Shown here: positions 40,428 to 50,819 of the stretch, in pieces
Layout: each line of letters begins with the position of its first letter
Numbering within the stretch: the first letter of the stretch is position 1
The notes under the pieces: model-generated
Database searches by the model: none
Seen by the model: the letters and a program-made list of their open reading frames with translations, nothing else
Told to the model about the DNA's origin: nothing
Made by a program: the position numbers and the translations under genes
Source: an uncultured Thermoplasmatales archaeon
GTDB lineage: Archaea; Thermoplasmatota; E2; DHVEG-1
Length of the DNA: 64,000 nt
Reading direction: 5' to 3'
Assembly (NCBI GenBank): GCA_964347865.1
Contig: CAYGAC010000017.1
Span: 4 to 64,003 of the forward strand

Positions 40428-40589
40428 TCATTCTTTTTTAGTGATGATATTTTCTTTCCTTTTGAATTTGCTGCTGCACCAGCTACAGGTAATCATGGGA
40501 GCTCTGGTTCTTGTTTTGAAAATGTGGCCGCATTTAGGACATTTAACCTTTTGGCGATAGATTCTCTTCTTAACATAGCTTTTTTTCAT
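40428..40589 (-). CDS. unannotated 53-aa zinc-ribbon protein
   Basis: Manual translation of minus strand: MKKSYVKKRIYRQKVKCPKCGHIFKTRTRAPMITCSWCSSKFKRKENIITKKE (CPKCG...CSWC). It is below the 60-aa ORF-track cutoff and overlaps the listed + ORF 40362..40658. Confidence 0.3.
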   Translation of the reverse strand: MKKSYVKKRIYRQKVKCPKCGHIFKTRTRAPMITCSWCSSKFKRKENIITKKE

Positions 40590-40731
40590 CGAGTGCACCT
40601 AACCACCACATCTTATATTTATTACTTATACTTTTCTACTACTTTCTACATGAAGTAATTTATAGAGAAAATTATATATACCACAAGCGATATATTAGTA
40701 TGTTACTCGAAGAAATATAGGAGGTATAAAA

Positions 40732-41523
40732 ATGATGAAAAATAAAAGCAAAAAAATAATACAGGCTGCTGTAGCAATCACTGTTGTCTTAGCATTTGTA
40801 ATGCCAGGATCAGCCGTGATTGCTTACAACGACGACTTAGAATTACCACCTATAGCAAGGGATGAAGTCGCAACAGCGAAACTTGTCTGTCAAATAGAGG
40901 GTGAGAAAGTTATCAAAGAACTCCCCGTGGATACTATCCAAGAGATTATAGAGCTTGGCAAGTCATGTGAACAGGATTTCTACACGATCTATAACAAATG
41001 GGAGACAGATCACGAGGTTGATATCGCCTTTAATAATATTGAACCTTTTTTTAGGGCGCTCGTAGACAGTGGACTAACAGAAAAATCCGTGGAAGATTTA
41101 AACGAATTATTCAGAGATATACGAAACAAGATAGGAAAACCACGCAGGGATCCATCATACCTATACTTGAGTAAGGAGGGAGCACAACCAAGTCTCTACA
41201 TATGGAATGGAATACCACTACCCATCGCCGCCAATGTCATGTGCGGTCTTTACACGGTAGGTACTGGTGTTGTTGGTTACAGTCTGGGAACACATACCAT
41301 ACTTCCAGGACCGGGTTTGGATGTATGGAACACGTGGTTTATGACCGGAGGCAATGGCGGAAGCATAGGATTTCTGGGGGCTACATTAGTTGCGATCAGT
41401 GAATTTGCCATGACGGTAGGGTTCATAGGCATTCTCCTAGGGGTATGGCCCTCGGGTATTATCGCACCGTTTATATTCCAGGTTGGTCTCGCTATGTTGT
41501 ACATTGGCGTATCAGTTCTATAA
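40732..41523 (+). CDS. secreted/membrane-anchored protein (signal peptide + C-terminal hydrophobic helices)
   Basis: AGGAGG RBS; N-terminal signal-like segment; Gly-rich hydrophobic C-terminus. Confidence 0.4.
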   Translation: MMKNKSKKIIQAAVAITVVLAFVMPGSAVIAYNDDLELPPIARDEVATAKLVCQIEGEKVIKELPVDTIQEIIELGKSCEQDFYTIYNKWETDHEVDIAFNNIEPFFRALVDSGLTEKSVEDLNELFRDIRNKIGKPRRDPSYLYLSKEGAQPSLYIWNGIPLPIAANVMCGLYTVGTGVVGYSLGTHTILPGPGLDVWNTWFMTGGNGGSIGFLGATLVAISEFAMTVGFIGILLGVWPSGIIAPFIFQVGLAMLYIGVSVL

Positions 41524-41553
41524 ACACAACATCTCTCTCCTTTATCTTTTACT

Positions 41554-42516
41554 ATGATTCCTGTAGTAAAGGCAATTGTAACCCTTGCAACCGCTGCACT
41601 ATGCATCGTTCCGTTGATATTTACCGGATCTGATGAACCGTCTATACAAGAAATCGTAGTTGAAAACAAGGTTAATCCTGATGTTGAAACATATGAAGAC
41701 ACTATTGCGTTAGATCAGTCAGAGCTGTGTCTGGACCACGAGGTCATACAATACAACATAGTGTTTCATGTTAATGCTACTGTAAAAGTAGATGGTTGTA
41801 TTGGGTATATCATCCGTGATCTACAACCTGTGGCTTATCTTTTTTATCTGACAGATGGGGAACAACTGCTGGTCAATTACTCGTACTGTGCACATGTGCC
41901 GTCTGGGACAATACTGGACATAACGACGAGGAGAAACCATTTTAAGATCGGTGGGAGGATTTTTTATAGGATGTTAAATATTGGGAGGAAAGACACGTTT
42001 GATAAAACGTTCTCTGTTCATGCAGGGGACACTTGGTATCTAACCATTGGGGTCTATTGTAGCATTGGAGAAGAGGAGGTATTTGTTAATTTGAAATCAA
42101 CTAGTCCGTGTATGGAACTTATACCATTGGAGCGACATGATAACATAGGACTTTTTTCGTCGTGGGACAACGGTTTTTCCGGTGCATACTTCGGCGTTAG
42201 AATGATGCCGTTTTTACCGTTTGGTTTTAGCTTTGCAGACAATGTGAAGAAAGAGATTACGACGACAAGAGGGACTGTCGTTTCTTTTCTTAGCGTTGCA
42301 CATCGAAAAGGTGAAACAGTGGTGAGAGCACCTGATGGAACATTGTATGTCAACAACGACAGAGGAGCTGCTGGTTTTATCTATTATGGAAACTTAACTG
42401 GAGTATGGATATTCAAAGCATCCGGTATTGGTTTCCCTTGGAAGCATATTATTACGTTGTTTTATACCGATGTTGATCCTCATATTCGATCAGGGCAGAT
42501 GGTTGTGGGCCTGTAG
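41554..42516 (+). CDS. secreted hypothetical protein with N-terminal signal anchor
   Basis: VTLATAALCIVPLIFTG hydrophobic N-terminus; no family. Confidence 0.4.
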   Translation: MIPVVKAIVTLATAALCIVPLIFTGSDEPSIQEIVVENKVNPDVETYEDTIALDQSELCLDHEVIQYNIVFHVNATVKVDGCIGYIIRDLQPVAYLFYLTDGEQLLVNYSYCAHVPSGTILDITTRRNHFKIGGRIFYRMLNIGRKDTFDKTFSVHAGDTWYLTIGVYCSIGEEEVFVNLKSTSPCMELIPLERHDNIGLFSSWDNGFSGAYFGVRMMPFLPFGFSFADNVKKEITTTRGTVVSFLSVAHRKGETVVRAPDGTLYVNNDRGAAGFIYYGNLTGVWIFKASGIGFPWKHIITLFYTDVDPHIRSGQMVVGL

Positions 42517-42610
42517 GTGAACTCCAATGCTTCTCCTGGCAAAGTGAAATGGAGACAGTTACGGCACAACCGTCTAGGTTAATTTTGATAAAATACGGAT
42601 TAGATGTAGC

Positions 42611-42808
42611 ATGAATGAATATGACCGTGGATTTGAAGATGCTTTAGATCTTGTACATGATTATATACAAAGGTACAAAGGTAAACTTCCAGAGGATTTT
42701 GTGTTGTCGATTAAAGAGATTATTCAGAATGTGAGGGACAGAAGAATTGCAGAGTTAAAAAAGGAGCTTAGCTTAATTGATGAAGATCTCCCTGCAAATA
42801 ATAAATAG
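42611..42808 (+). CDS. small hypothetical protein
   Basis: ORF track only. Confidence 0.2.
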   Translation: MNEYDRGFEDALDLVHDYIQRYKGKLPEDFVLSIKEIIQNVRDRRIAELKKELSLIDEDLPANNK

Positions 42809-42924
42809 ACAGTGATGAGCAAACTATCAGCTCTCTTTAAAAGTCTTATATCTATAAGGTATTAAAACACAAAAACGTGCAAAACTTCCCGATAACTTGT
42901 TTATTGTTTGTATAATATCTGTAA

Positions 42925-42983
42925 GAGATTGAAATGTCTAGATTTCGGTTTAATATATAAACCGAAATAACAAAGTTTTCAAT
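42925..42983. repeat. nested hairpin repeat copy A (AGATTGAAA...TTTCGGTTTA-atata-TAAACCGAAA...TTTCAATCT)
   Basis: Two-tier inverted repeat read directly; lies ~170 bp from the 3' end of the IS200-type tnpA. Confidence 0.55.
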
Positions 42984-43156
42984 CTCAACCTTAATCTGAT
43001 GAATTGACTGTTTGAACGGTTTCCGCATACGTTCCCAATATTACGACATCTACTAAAGCTATAGTAATCCAACTCTCCCCTTTTTTTCTTTTATAAAAAA
43101 TCCCCAAGAATACCACTGGTTTCAACCAGTGGATGAATTGGGGTCTAGCTTTTTCT

Positions 43157-43720
43157 TCACCTCGTAAAATCTCCAATCTTCGCTTGACCGGTAGGGTCTC
43201 CAAAGATACTATACTCAAATACATCTTTTCCATCTTGTTCAAGGATATATCTCTTTACTGCATCTTGACTGACATGCCCTGCACTGCCACAGTAGTATCC
43301 TCGTGCCCACAGATAGTTAAATTGTTTCCAATGCTTGGGGTATCCTAGATATTTTAACTCAGGATAAAATTCCCGTAATAAACGTGATGATACACCTTTC
43401 AATTGTTTCACAATTACTGAAGGAATATGAGTTGGTTTCGCACCAACAAACAGATGGAGGTGATCTGGCATGATCTCTAGTGCAAGAGCATTCAATTGAA
43501 GTATTTTACATTCCTTCGTAAGTATGATGTTTAATGTCTTTTTTACATCGCCTTCAAGTACTAACTTTCTATATTTTGGAATCCAAACAAGATGATAATT
43601 GATGTTGTACTTGCAATGAAAACCACTTTTTACCGTTGCAATCTTTACATCCAGCTGATACTTGTTTGGATTGAAATGCGGGTAATTGTGTAACATGAAG
43701 GATGACGGTGCGCATACCAT
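43157..43720 (-). CDS. tnpA: IS200/IS605-family HUH (Y1) transposase TnpA, with N-terminal extension
   Basis: YHLVWIPKYRKLVL, MPDHLHLFV (HuH motif), LKGVSSRLLREF, LWARGYYCGSAG (catalytic Tyr). The true start is probably an internal Met giving a protein of ~150 aa. Confidence 0.8.
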   Translation of the reverse strand: MVCAPSSFMLHNYPHFNPNKYQLDVKIATVKSGFHCKYNINYHLVWIPKYRKLVLEGDVKKTLNIILTKECKILQLNALALEIMPDHLHLFVGAKPTHIPSVIVKQLKGVSSRLLREFYPELKYLGYPKHWKQFNYLWARGYYCGSAGHVSQDAVKRYILEQDGKDVFEYSIFGDPTGQAKIGDFTR

Positions 43721-43945
43721 CGCTTACTACTACTCGACCCTGTGGGTCGATATGTTTTAAGCAAGATGGTTTGCGTTCCTTCATGTTACTCATAAAAAGA
43801 TACAGTATGGGATACCCCCATCTTTAGATGGATTCATTTTGGGAGGATGTCATTTTTAATAATTATATCTAAGAAATTAGCCCACTGAAACTGGTTTTGT
43901 TACATAAGTTACAATAATATTATAGAAAAATTTAAATTAAAACAA

Positions 43946-45583
43946 TTGATTACAATTTTTAAAATATATATTTGTGGAGGGAAAAATTTGAGAGATAGAA
44001 TTATTAAAAAATGGGTGGTATTAGGAATAATACTATTATTTGTTGGAGTAAGCGTCATACCATCAACTGGAATAGTGGAAAAACCGAGTAAATCAACCAT
44101 TGGCAGAGCTATTTTGTATGTAGGTGGTGATGGACCAGGGAACTATACTAGTATTCAGGATGCTGTTGATAACGCTAGTGATGGGGATACAGTGTTTGTC
44201 TTTGATGATTCTTCTCCGTATTATGAAAATGTTGTAGTGGATAAATCAATAAAGCTGATAGGCGAAAACCGAGATACCACTGTTATTGATGCTGAAGGAA
44301 GTGGTGGGGACGTTGTCTATCTTTCTGGTGGTGGGGCAACCGTAAGCGGGTTTACGATTCAAAACTGTCAACTTATTACGGGTGCTGAAGGAATTGATAT
44401 ACAATCAAACTATAACACCGTCATGAATTGCCGTATTTTAAACAACACGGATGGCATTGCCCTTTGGTCAAACGGTAACAAAATCTCTGGTAACATAATC
44501 TCGAACAGTGTAGATGCGGCTATATACATTGATGGTGCTAACAGCAATACTATCACAGGTAACACCATTTCAAACAATCAACATAACGGCATTATGTTTT
44601 ATATGTCCAGTTACAATACCATCTCAGATAACAACATCTCAAATAACGGCTGGTTTGGTATAGTCGCGGGTATGTCCGACTACAACACCGTCTCAGGCAA
44701 TGATATCATTTCGAACAACTATGATGGCATTAACCTTATTTTTTGCAACAACAACACTATTACAGGTAATACTATTGTGGACAACGACGACGGCATCTTC
44801 TTACGAGAATCCTGTGACGACAATCAAATTTTTGAAAACAACATCATCTCGAACAATTGGAGAGGCGTAGACCTTCGTTATTCCAGTTCCAACAACAACG
44901 TTATTTACCATAACAACATCATTGACAACACGGTAAACAATGCTTATGATGAAGGAAACAATATCTGGGATGATGGCTATCCCTCTGGTGGGAACTACTG
45001 GTCTGATTATACAGGAGAAGACGCTAATGGCGATGGCATAGGAGACACTCCTTATCCTATCCCTGGTGGTGACAGCAAAGATAGATATCCGTTCATGAAC
45101 GAAAGTGGGTGGCTGAATCCTCCGATTGCAAACTTCACTTATTCGATAGACGAATTAACAGTGACATTTGATGGTTCATCATCTTATGATTCTGATGGAG
45201 AAATCATTTCTTACGAATGGGATTTCGATGACGGAACATATGGAAATGGAATGATTGTTAGCCATACCTATTCTGCACCTGAAATATATAATGTGACACT
45301 TACAGTAACAGATGATGATGACCTAGAGGACAGCATAACAAAAACTATTGAGGTTGAATGGTCACCAGAGTTTGAAAAAACCTTTATTTTTGGCAGGATT
45401 GATAATCTAACTATACCAGGAAATGTTATCACATTTAATGCGGTGAATATACGTGTCATCAAGTTTTCACCATTTCAGATACTTGCTTACAAATCAGGAG
45501 AGTTAATAACAATATCAAAGGATTATTTTGGTTTGGTTGGAGCAAGGTTCATATTTGCTTTGTGTGATTCGTATATGGGATGA
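43946..45583 (+). CDS. secreted right-handed beta-helix (NosD/pectate-lyase-like) surface protein with PKD domain
   Basis: Signal anchor WVVLGIILLFVGVSVIPSTG; ~10 repeats of the N.I..N..GI type; PKD segment YEWDFDDGTYGNG...YNVTLTVTDDDD. A likely alternative start is TTG 43988 preceded by GGAGGG. Confidence 0.6.
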   Translation: MITIFKIYICGGKNLRDRIIKKWVVLGIILLFVGVSVIPSTGIVEKPSKSTIGRAILYVGGDGPGNYTSIQDAVDNASDGDTVFVFDDSSPYYENVVVDKSIKLIGENRDTTVIDAEGSGGDVVYLSGGGATVSGFTIQNCQLITGAEGIDIQSNYNTVMNCRILNNTDGIALWSNGNKISGNIISNSVDAAIYIDGANSNTITGNTISNNQHNGIMFYMSSYNTISDNNISNNGWFGIVAGMSDYNTVSGNDIISNNYDGINLIFCNNNTITGNTIVDNDDGIFLRESCDDNQIFENNIISNNWRGVDLRYSSSNNNVIYHNNIIDNTVNNAYDEGNNIWDDGYPSGGNYWSDYTGEDANGDGIGDTPYPIPGGDSKDRYPFMNESGWLNPPIANFTYSIDELTVTFDGSSSYDSDGEIISYEWDFDDGTYGNGMIVSHTYSAPEIYNVTLTVTDDDDLEDSITKTIEVEWSPEFEKTFIFGRIDNLTIPGNVITFNAVNIRVIKFSPFQILAYKSGELITISKDYFGLVGARFIFALCDSYMG

Positions 45584-45610
45584 TGGAATTGTAGATTTGA
45601 AGGGGGAAAA

Positions 45611-45817
45611 ATGCCAGATTTACTTATTAAATTCCTAGCAACCCTAGGTGTGATTGCCCTATCACTCATATGGTATTTTTACCTCTATCCAGCAATGAAA
45701 AAAGAATATGCGAGGAAAGGATGGACATGGAGACGAATATATGATATTGAGGTGGATAATAGGAGATCGTATAGGGAGTTGGTTGGAGTGATTATAGCGA
45801 CAATTAGGATGAAATAG
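45611..45817 (+). CDS. small membrane protein
   Basis: One TM helix; GGGGGAAAAATG RBS. Confidence 0.3.
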   Translation: MPDLLIKFLATLGVIALSLIWYFYLYPAMKKEYARKGWTWRRIYDIEVDNRRSYRELVGVIIATIRMK

Positions 45818-45892
45818 GGTTTATAAAGAAATTAATGTTACTCATCGTAAAATTTAGGAAAACTTATTAGGATTTTTTATATACAAATTTGT

Positions 45893-46099
45893 ATGGCTAT
45901 TGAGGCTATATTTAAATTCATTGCAAAACACCCTGCATCTATGTGTGTTGCTGGTGGAATATTACTTTTGTTATTATCTCCAATTTATGAGAATTTAACT
46001 AGTGGTGACCCAAGGTTTTGGCAAGGTGGATGGGTACTGGTAGCCATTGGTGTAATATTAAATGTAATATGGTTAATAACTAGAAAAAAAATTCTTTAA
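45893..46099 (+). CDS. small two-TM membrane protein
   Basis: Two hydrophobic helices. Confidence 0.3.
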   Translation: MAIEAIFKFIAKHPASMCVAGGILLLLLSPIYENLTSGDPRFWQGGWVLVAIGVILNVIWLITRKKIL

Positions 46100-46113
46100 T
46101 AATAACTTGATTG

Positions 46114-46455
46114 TTAATCTTCTAATTCAGTAAAAAACTTAATCGTCTTAAAGATGGCATCGACTTGTTTCCACTTTTCTTTATTCTCTTGTTCTCTTCG
46201 TTTAAGTTCAAGCTTCTCTCTTTCAATTTGCTCGTTTGTTGGTTTCCCCTTCTCTAATCTATTAACTTGTTTCTGTAATATCTTAATTTGTTTGCTTTGA
46301 TTCTCTGTAATCTTAGTGAGTAATAATTGACTTTTGTAACTTTGTTTCAAATTATATCTTAAACTAAATAAGGCGATTATTAAACTTACAACCATTATAA
46401 TTAATCCAATAATGGCAATCCAAATATTTATTTCAACCATATGATTCACCATCAA
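46114..46455 (-). CDS. membrane-anchored coiled-coil protein
   Basis: N-terminal TM, then heptad-rich QLLLTKITENQSKQIKILQKQVNRLE. Confidence 0.35.
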   Translation of the reverse strand: MMVNHMVEINIWIAIIGLIIMVVSLIIALFSLRYNLKQSYKSQLLLTKITENQSKQIKILQKQVNRLEKGKPTNEQIEREKLELKRREQENKEKWKQVDAIFKTIKFFTELED

Positions 46456-46475
46456 TGGAAAATATAGCAGGTAGA

Positions 46476-47258
46476 CTATTGAAATGGCTCGAATAGAACA
46501 TAAAAACCTCTTTGTTTTAATTGTCGTTTTATTCTTGTTATATACTCTAAAAACTCTTCTTTGGGTTCAATCCAACCAACATATTCATTTAATATCTCGT
46601 AATATTTTTCTCTAAAATTACGTGTATCTTCTAAATTCTCATAAACTATTGATATTCCTGTTAGTAACTGACTGATGCTTTCATTAGATACTATTTGATG
46701 TTGCCAATTATTTATTACAATATCTAAAATTGTTCTATGTACTCTAAATAATTTTAATTGTTGAGCATCGGTCATATAATCCTTGTAGATTAATGCTTTT
46801 CGTATATTTTCTAAATGAAGCCATGTCGTAAATATGTTGATATACTGTAAATGACTAAGATTTATTGGTTTTTTATTAGCTATTGGTGTAAATAAATATT
46901 CTTGTATTCCATAGAGATACTCTTTCCTAATTTCTTGAATACTGATTATACATTGTTGTATCTCTGCGTCTTTTATAGTATCCATTCTTTCTTTTGATTG
47001 TTCCGATATTTCTTTAGCCTTTTCAGAAATTGTTAGAGATTCTTCTGCTATCTCTCCAGATTTTAATGCAATATGTAAAGAAATAATACCTAATGAAATA
47101 GATAAAAGAGCAAGGAGAAAAGGTACAATAACTAAATCAATATTTGTATATTTAGAGATTAAGAAACAAATTAATGAGATAATAGTTATTATGCCAATGA
47201 TAATGAGAATCCATCCAAATGCACGCCATAATTTCTCTGAATTCATCATACAGGACAT
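46476..47258 (-). CDS. membrane-anchored hypothetical protein
   Basis: Two N-terminal TM helices + soluble domain. Confidence 0.4.
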   Translation of the reverse strand: MSCMMNSEKLWRAFGWILIIIGIITIISLICFLISKYTNIDLVIVPFLLALLSISLGIISLHIALKSGEIAEESLTISEKAKEISEQSKERMDTIKDAEIQQCIISIQEIRKEYLYGIQEYLFTPIANKKPINLSHLQYINIFTTWLHLENIRKALIYKDYMTDAQQLKLFRVHRTILDIVINNWQHQIVSNESISQLLTGISIVYENLEDTRNFREKYYEILNEYVGWIEPKEEFLEYITRIKRQLKQRGFYVLFEPFQ

Positions 47259-47433
47259 AATTTTAGATGATTATTAATTTGTGGTGTCATCTGTAATATA
47301 TGGATTAATTTATAAGAAATTATGAAATAGCTACTATTGTAATTGTATTATTAAAAGAAGAAATCAAAGCTTGACTCATCACTATGCCGAAGCGACACAA
47401 GGTAAGGACGGAGGTTTGGGATATTTCCTTCTG

Positions 47434-48510
47434 TTAAGATTTTGCTTTTTTTCTTTCTTTTTTTAACTTTCTATACATTATAATTGTACTTACTGTTCCT
47501 ATTATTCCAACAGCAATGCTAGCTATTGTAACAAGAATATTAATCAAACTTAAATTAAATGAAAATTCTAGCCTATGACTTGGAATAACAAAAATTAGAC
47601 ACATTGCTATAACAAATATAACCAATACAAATAACCCAATCTTTTCGTTCCTATTTAGCCTCTTTCCTTTTATTGACCTTATTGAAGTCAGTAACTTGTG
47701 TAGTTTAGTGTAATCAATAAATTTAGTTACAAGAGAATCATCAGATATTTCTTTCAATCCAAATATCCTATTTCCAATTACCTTAATGAATGGAATAATA
47801 TCTGAATTTGTTAAGTATTTGAATCCGTCCTTAATAAAAGGAAAATATGAGATACTATTATCATTTGCTGATGCAAATATGTATTGTAACGAAAATAACT
47901 TTTTAGATTTATAGATTGTTGTTTTTTTATCAATACTTCTGAATCTAAAAAAATTCATATCGTTACATATATAAATACCAATTGACCGTGTTAGTACATT
48001 ATTTTCGTCTTTGCTTTGTGATGGAAGCTTGAAACTGATGATGTTTTTCTTGATTTCGTATTTTGGAGGTCGGTCGGGTACTGTTAAAAATAATGATGCT
48101 AAAAACCCTAGCATTCCACCAGAGAGTAGTCCACCTAAAAAGAATACAATAACTAACCCGGCTCCTATTAGATAATCGTTTAAAGTTATTATATAATTTT
48201 CAGGCATTGATAATATAGTTTGATGGAGCACCATAATGTAGGATACCAAATAATTAATAATGAACACAGGAAAATACAAGAACCAACCGCGATTAGCAAT
48301 CTTAAAATGAAGCGCAATTAATATCGAAAAAAAACCTATCCATAAAGGATAAGCAAGTAAATACCATAGGATTGATAGTCCAGATTTAGAGTCCCATTGA
48401 AGAATTGTTATAAACAACAAAATAAAATTAATTAATCCTAACCAATAGAAGAATTTATTATCTACTTCTAATCCTCTAATCTTTTTCATCTGGATTTGGA
48501 ATTGTTGCAA
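47434..48510 (-). CDS. polytopic membrane protein
   Basis: At least 6 hydrophobic helices. Confidence 0.45.
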   Translation of the reverse strand: MQQFQIQMKKIRGLEVDNKFFYWLGLINFILLFITILQWDSKSGLSILWYLLAYPLWIGFFSILIALHFKIANRGWFLYFPVFIINYLVSYIMVLHQTILSMPENYIITLNDYLIGAGLVIVFFLGGLLSGGMLGFLASLFLTVPDRPPKYEIKKNIISFKLPSQSKDENNVLTRSIGIYICNDMNFFRFRSIDKKTTIYKSKKLFSLQYIFASANDNSISYFPFIKDGFKYLTNSDIIPFIKVIGNRIFGLKEISDDSLVTKFIDYTKLHKLLTSIRSIKGKRLNRNEKIGLFVLVIFVIAMCLIFVIPSHRLEFSFNLSLINILVTIASIAVGIIGTVSTIIMYRKLKKERKKAKS

Positions 48511-48524
48511 TTCTAATAAAATTT

Positions 48525-49541
48525 ATGATTAAGGTTATTATTTTGGCAGTATTAATAATTACATACCTTCTTTGTCTAATATATTATGTAATTTTTTTAA
48601 AAAAGGAACAAATACCAAATATTAGGAATTTAATTCAATGTATGATGAGTAAACCTCAATTGATATATAACGAAGCTGAATTGAAAAAATATTTTGATGG
48701 AATAAAAGATAGATTCTTAAAAACCAAAAGATATATTTCAATTTTAGGTTTTTGGTTTACCATCTTAGTATTTTCTGGCGTTGGTATTGTTCCGGCATGG
48801 TTTATAAATACGAATATCGATTTCTTGAATTATTCTCCATATCAGCCTTTCTTTTTGTTATTCACTTGGATTATATTTGCCTGTATAGAAATTTATCCGC
48901 TTTTCTGGCTCTCAAAAAAAATTGTTAAAACATCACTCAAGCCTTATGATAATTTGTTTTGCATTGCATTTTCTGCTTATCAAAATATAAAATATGAAGA
49001 TGCAGAACTATTGAAAAAAGCTTCGCAACTATTGAAAGATGTTAAATTCAATACTCTGAAAACGAATATCGACAGTGCATATAAAGTTCCTGGATTAAAA
49101 AAGGAATGGATAAAAAGAATCGATAAACTTCTAAGTATCAATAAAGAATATGTTATACCTCGATTAGATGATGGTATTGAAATAGAAGAGATTAAACCAT
49201 TAGTTGGAAATTTCGCTCAATTTCTTTATTCACAAAACAATGAAAATATAAAACTTCAAGTTGAAGTTGTAAAAGATTCAGTAATCCGTGCAGTTTGTTT
49301 AGAGAAATATGAAAAAAAGAAACTTGATATTAAAAGTCAAACCTATTTCTCTCAAAATCCAATAATTAGTATGTTATCGTTTACTTTTAGTATAGCTGTC
49401 CTTTTAGTTGTAACAGGTTATATATTACTTAAAATTAATATTATAATTCCGGGTACTGAACCCGTTTCGTATTATACTATTGGTTCAATTTCAATATCAA
49501 TTTTGGGTGGTATTGGTCTGGCGAATCTATGTAAAAAATAA
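48525..49541 (+). CDS. polytopic membrane protein
   Basis: N-terminal and C-terminal TM helices. Confidence 0.45.
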   Translation: MIKVIILAVLIITYLLCLIYYVIFLKKEQIPNIRNLIQCMMSKPQLIYNEAELKKYFDGIKDRFLKTKRYISILGFWFTILVFSGVGIVPAWFINTNIDFLNYSPYQPFFLLFTWIIFACIEIYPLFWLSKKIVKTSLKPYDNLFCIAFSAYQNIKYEDAELLKKASQLLKDVKFNTLKTNIDSAYKVPGLKKEWIKRIDKLLSINKEYVIPRLDDGIEIEEIKPLVGNFAQFLYSQNNENIKLQVEVVKDSVIRAVCLEKYEKKKLDIKSQTYFSQNPIISMLSFTFSIAVLLVVTGYILLKINIIIPGTEPVSYYTIGSISISILGGIGLANLCKK

Positions 49542-49612
49542 AGCAGAAGTAACGCAATAAACTGCATTCTATGCCAGACAAGAGCGTTTTTATAGGATTA
49601 GATATTGTGATT

Positions 49613-49792
49613 TTATTCTTCTACCTCTAACTCTGCGCTTGGTGCGTTGCGTCTAACTGAATCTATACTGTTGAGGCATCCATCTTTCGTCTCATATCCT
49701 TCGCTTTGTGCAATTATCTCATTATTATCTGCTTTTAAATGGAAATACCATTGTCCATCCTTTTCTGATTTCCAACATTTAAATTTTCCCAT
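49613..49792 (-). CDS. YegP/DUF1508-family small protein
   Basis: MGKFKCWKSEKDGQWYFHLKADNNEIIAQSEGYETKDGCLNSIDSVRRNAP parallels the UPF0339 pattern (F.I.KD..G.W.F.LKA.NGEIIA.SEGY..K..C...IESV..NA). The ORF track extends 21 codons further upstream to 49855. Confidence 0.5.
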   Translation of the reverse strand: MGKFKCWKSEKDGQWYFHLKADNNEIIAQSEGYETKDGCLNSIDSVRRNAPSAELEVEE

Positions 49793-50141
49793 TTTCAAAA
49801 ACCTCCTTTTTAGGTTAAATATGTAATATATTATCGACTTATAAATGAATCCCATAAAGTCTTTATACAGTATTTAGAAAAATTGGAATTTATACCATAA
49901 ATATTATGATTCTTTTAAATCAAAAGATTTTTTCGTTCTTGATTGTAATATTAGAATTCCACCTCTCGAACTTTAGTTCTCATGAAATGCTGGATGATAT
50001 TTTCTCACTTGTTGTTGAATTTCTTCCCTCCCAATTTTTTGAGAAAATTTATATTGAAATTATTTCTTTTATTTATTATAACTTGCCCACGAAAACTCGC
50101 TCATGTGTAACTTTTTCCCGTCCATGGATAACCCCTAAAAA

Positions 50142-50164
50142 TTCGGTTAATGCGATTAACCGAA
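50142..50164. repeat. hairpin repeat copy B (TTCGGTTAAT-gcg-ATTAACCGAA)
   Basis: Same stem family; preceded by CTAAAAA as in copy C. Confidence 0.5.
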
Positions 50165-50413
50165 CTGATTATATCAATGGTTTCTTTTTGTGCAAAAATT
50201 ACCTCAAGAAACACTTAAAAAATGCCGCCAGGTAGCCTAATTGAACATGGATAAAAATATATTGATAATTGGAATAGTAATTCTGTTCCAATCATCGTTA
50301 ATGATTTTAGACTAAGACTAGCGTCATGAGGCTGTATTTAAAGTTTATAAGGAGAAATGGTGTCTATAATCAGTATTTATGATTAGATGATGGAACAATG
50401 CCTAGCAGGTTTT

Positions 50414-50668
50414 TCAGTTATTGATAGCTTTTTCGATTATTTCTATTTCCTTTTCGTTTAGACTATATAACCTACATATAAGCGAATCTAATTTTTGATC
50501 TGTATAGTTTATTTGACGTTGTAATATTTTCTTTTGTGTAGATAAGTTGATTTTTTTCATTTCTTTTTGTAAGATAATCATTTTTTTAACTTGTTGTTTT
50601 CTCTTTGTCACAAATTCTAAAAAGTTGCTAAAAGAATAATCTATCTCTTTCCACCAAGCGGAACCCAC
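50414..50668 (-). pseudogene. possible C-terminal remnant of an N6-adenine DNA methyltransferase (type IIG/BREX PglX-like tail)
   Basis: C-terminus ...LDSLICRLYSLNEKEIEIIEKAIN resembles the very common methylase tail D.LVY.LYGLTEEEI.IIE. Only 84 aa. Confidence 0.25.
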
Positions 50669-50819
50669 CGGATGAGCTTCAAAAATAATTACTCATTAGA
50701 TAGCCTCCAAAAACCGAAATGGATTAATTCCTAAAAATTCTATTTTTTGATAAAATCTAACACATATAAAATTTCTCAAGTATTTTTAATTAATTGATCT
50801 TTATTAATAGATGTAAAAC

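Larger units (their letters stand above)
42925..43760 (-). mobile_element. IS200-like element (tnpA only), boundaries uncertain
   Basis: tnpA is flanked at its 3' side by hairpin CCACTGGTT-tc-AACCAGTGG (43113-43133) and nested hairpin A (42925-42983). No TnpB/OrfB is present. Confidence 0.35.

Noticed and set aside
40362-40658. 98-aa plus ORF and 40134..40325 minus ORF
   Set aside because: Low-complexity translations; the region is better explained by the small minus-strand zinc-ribbon gene.
49906-50235. 109-aa plus ORF
   Set aside because: Spans hairpin repeat copy B and AT-rich spacer; no coding signal.
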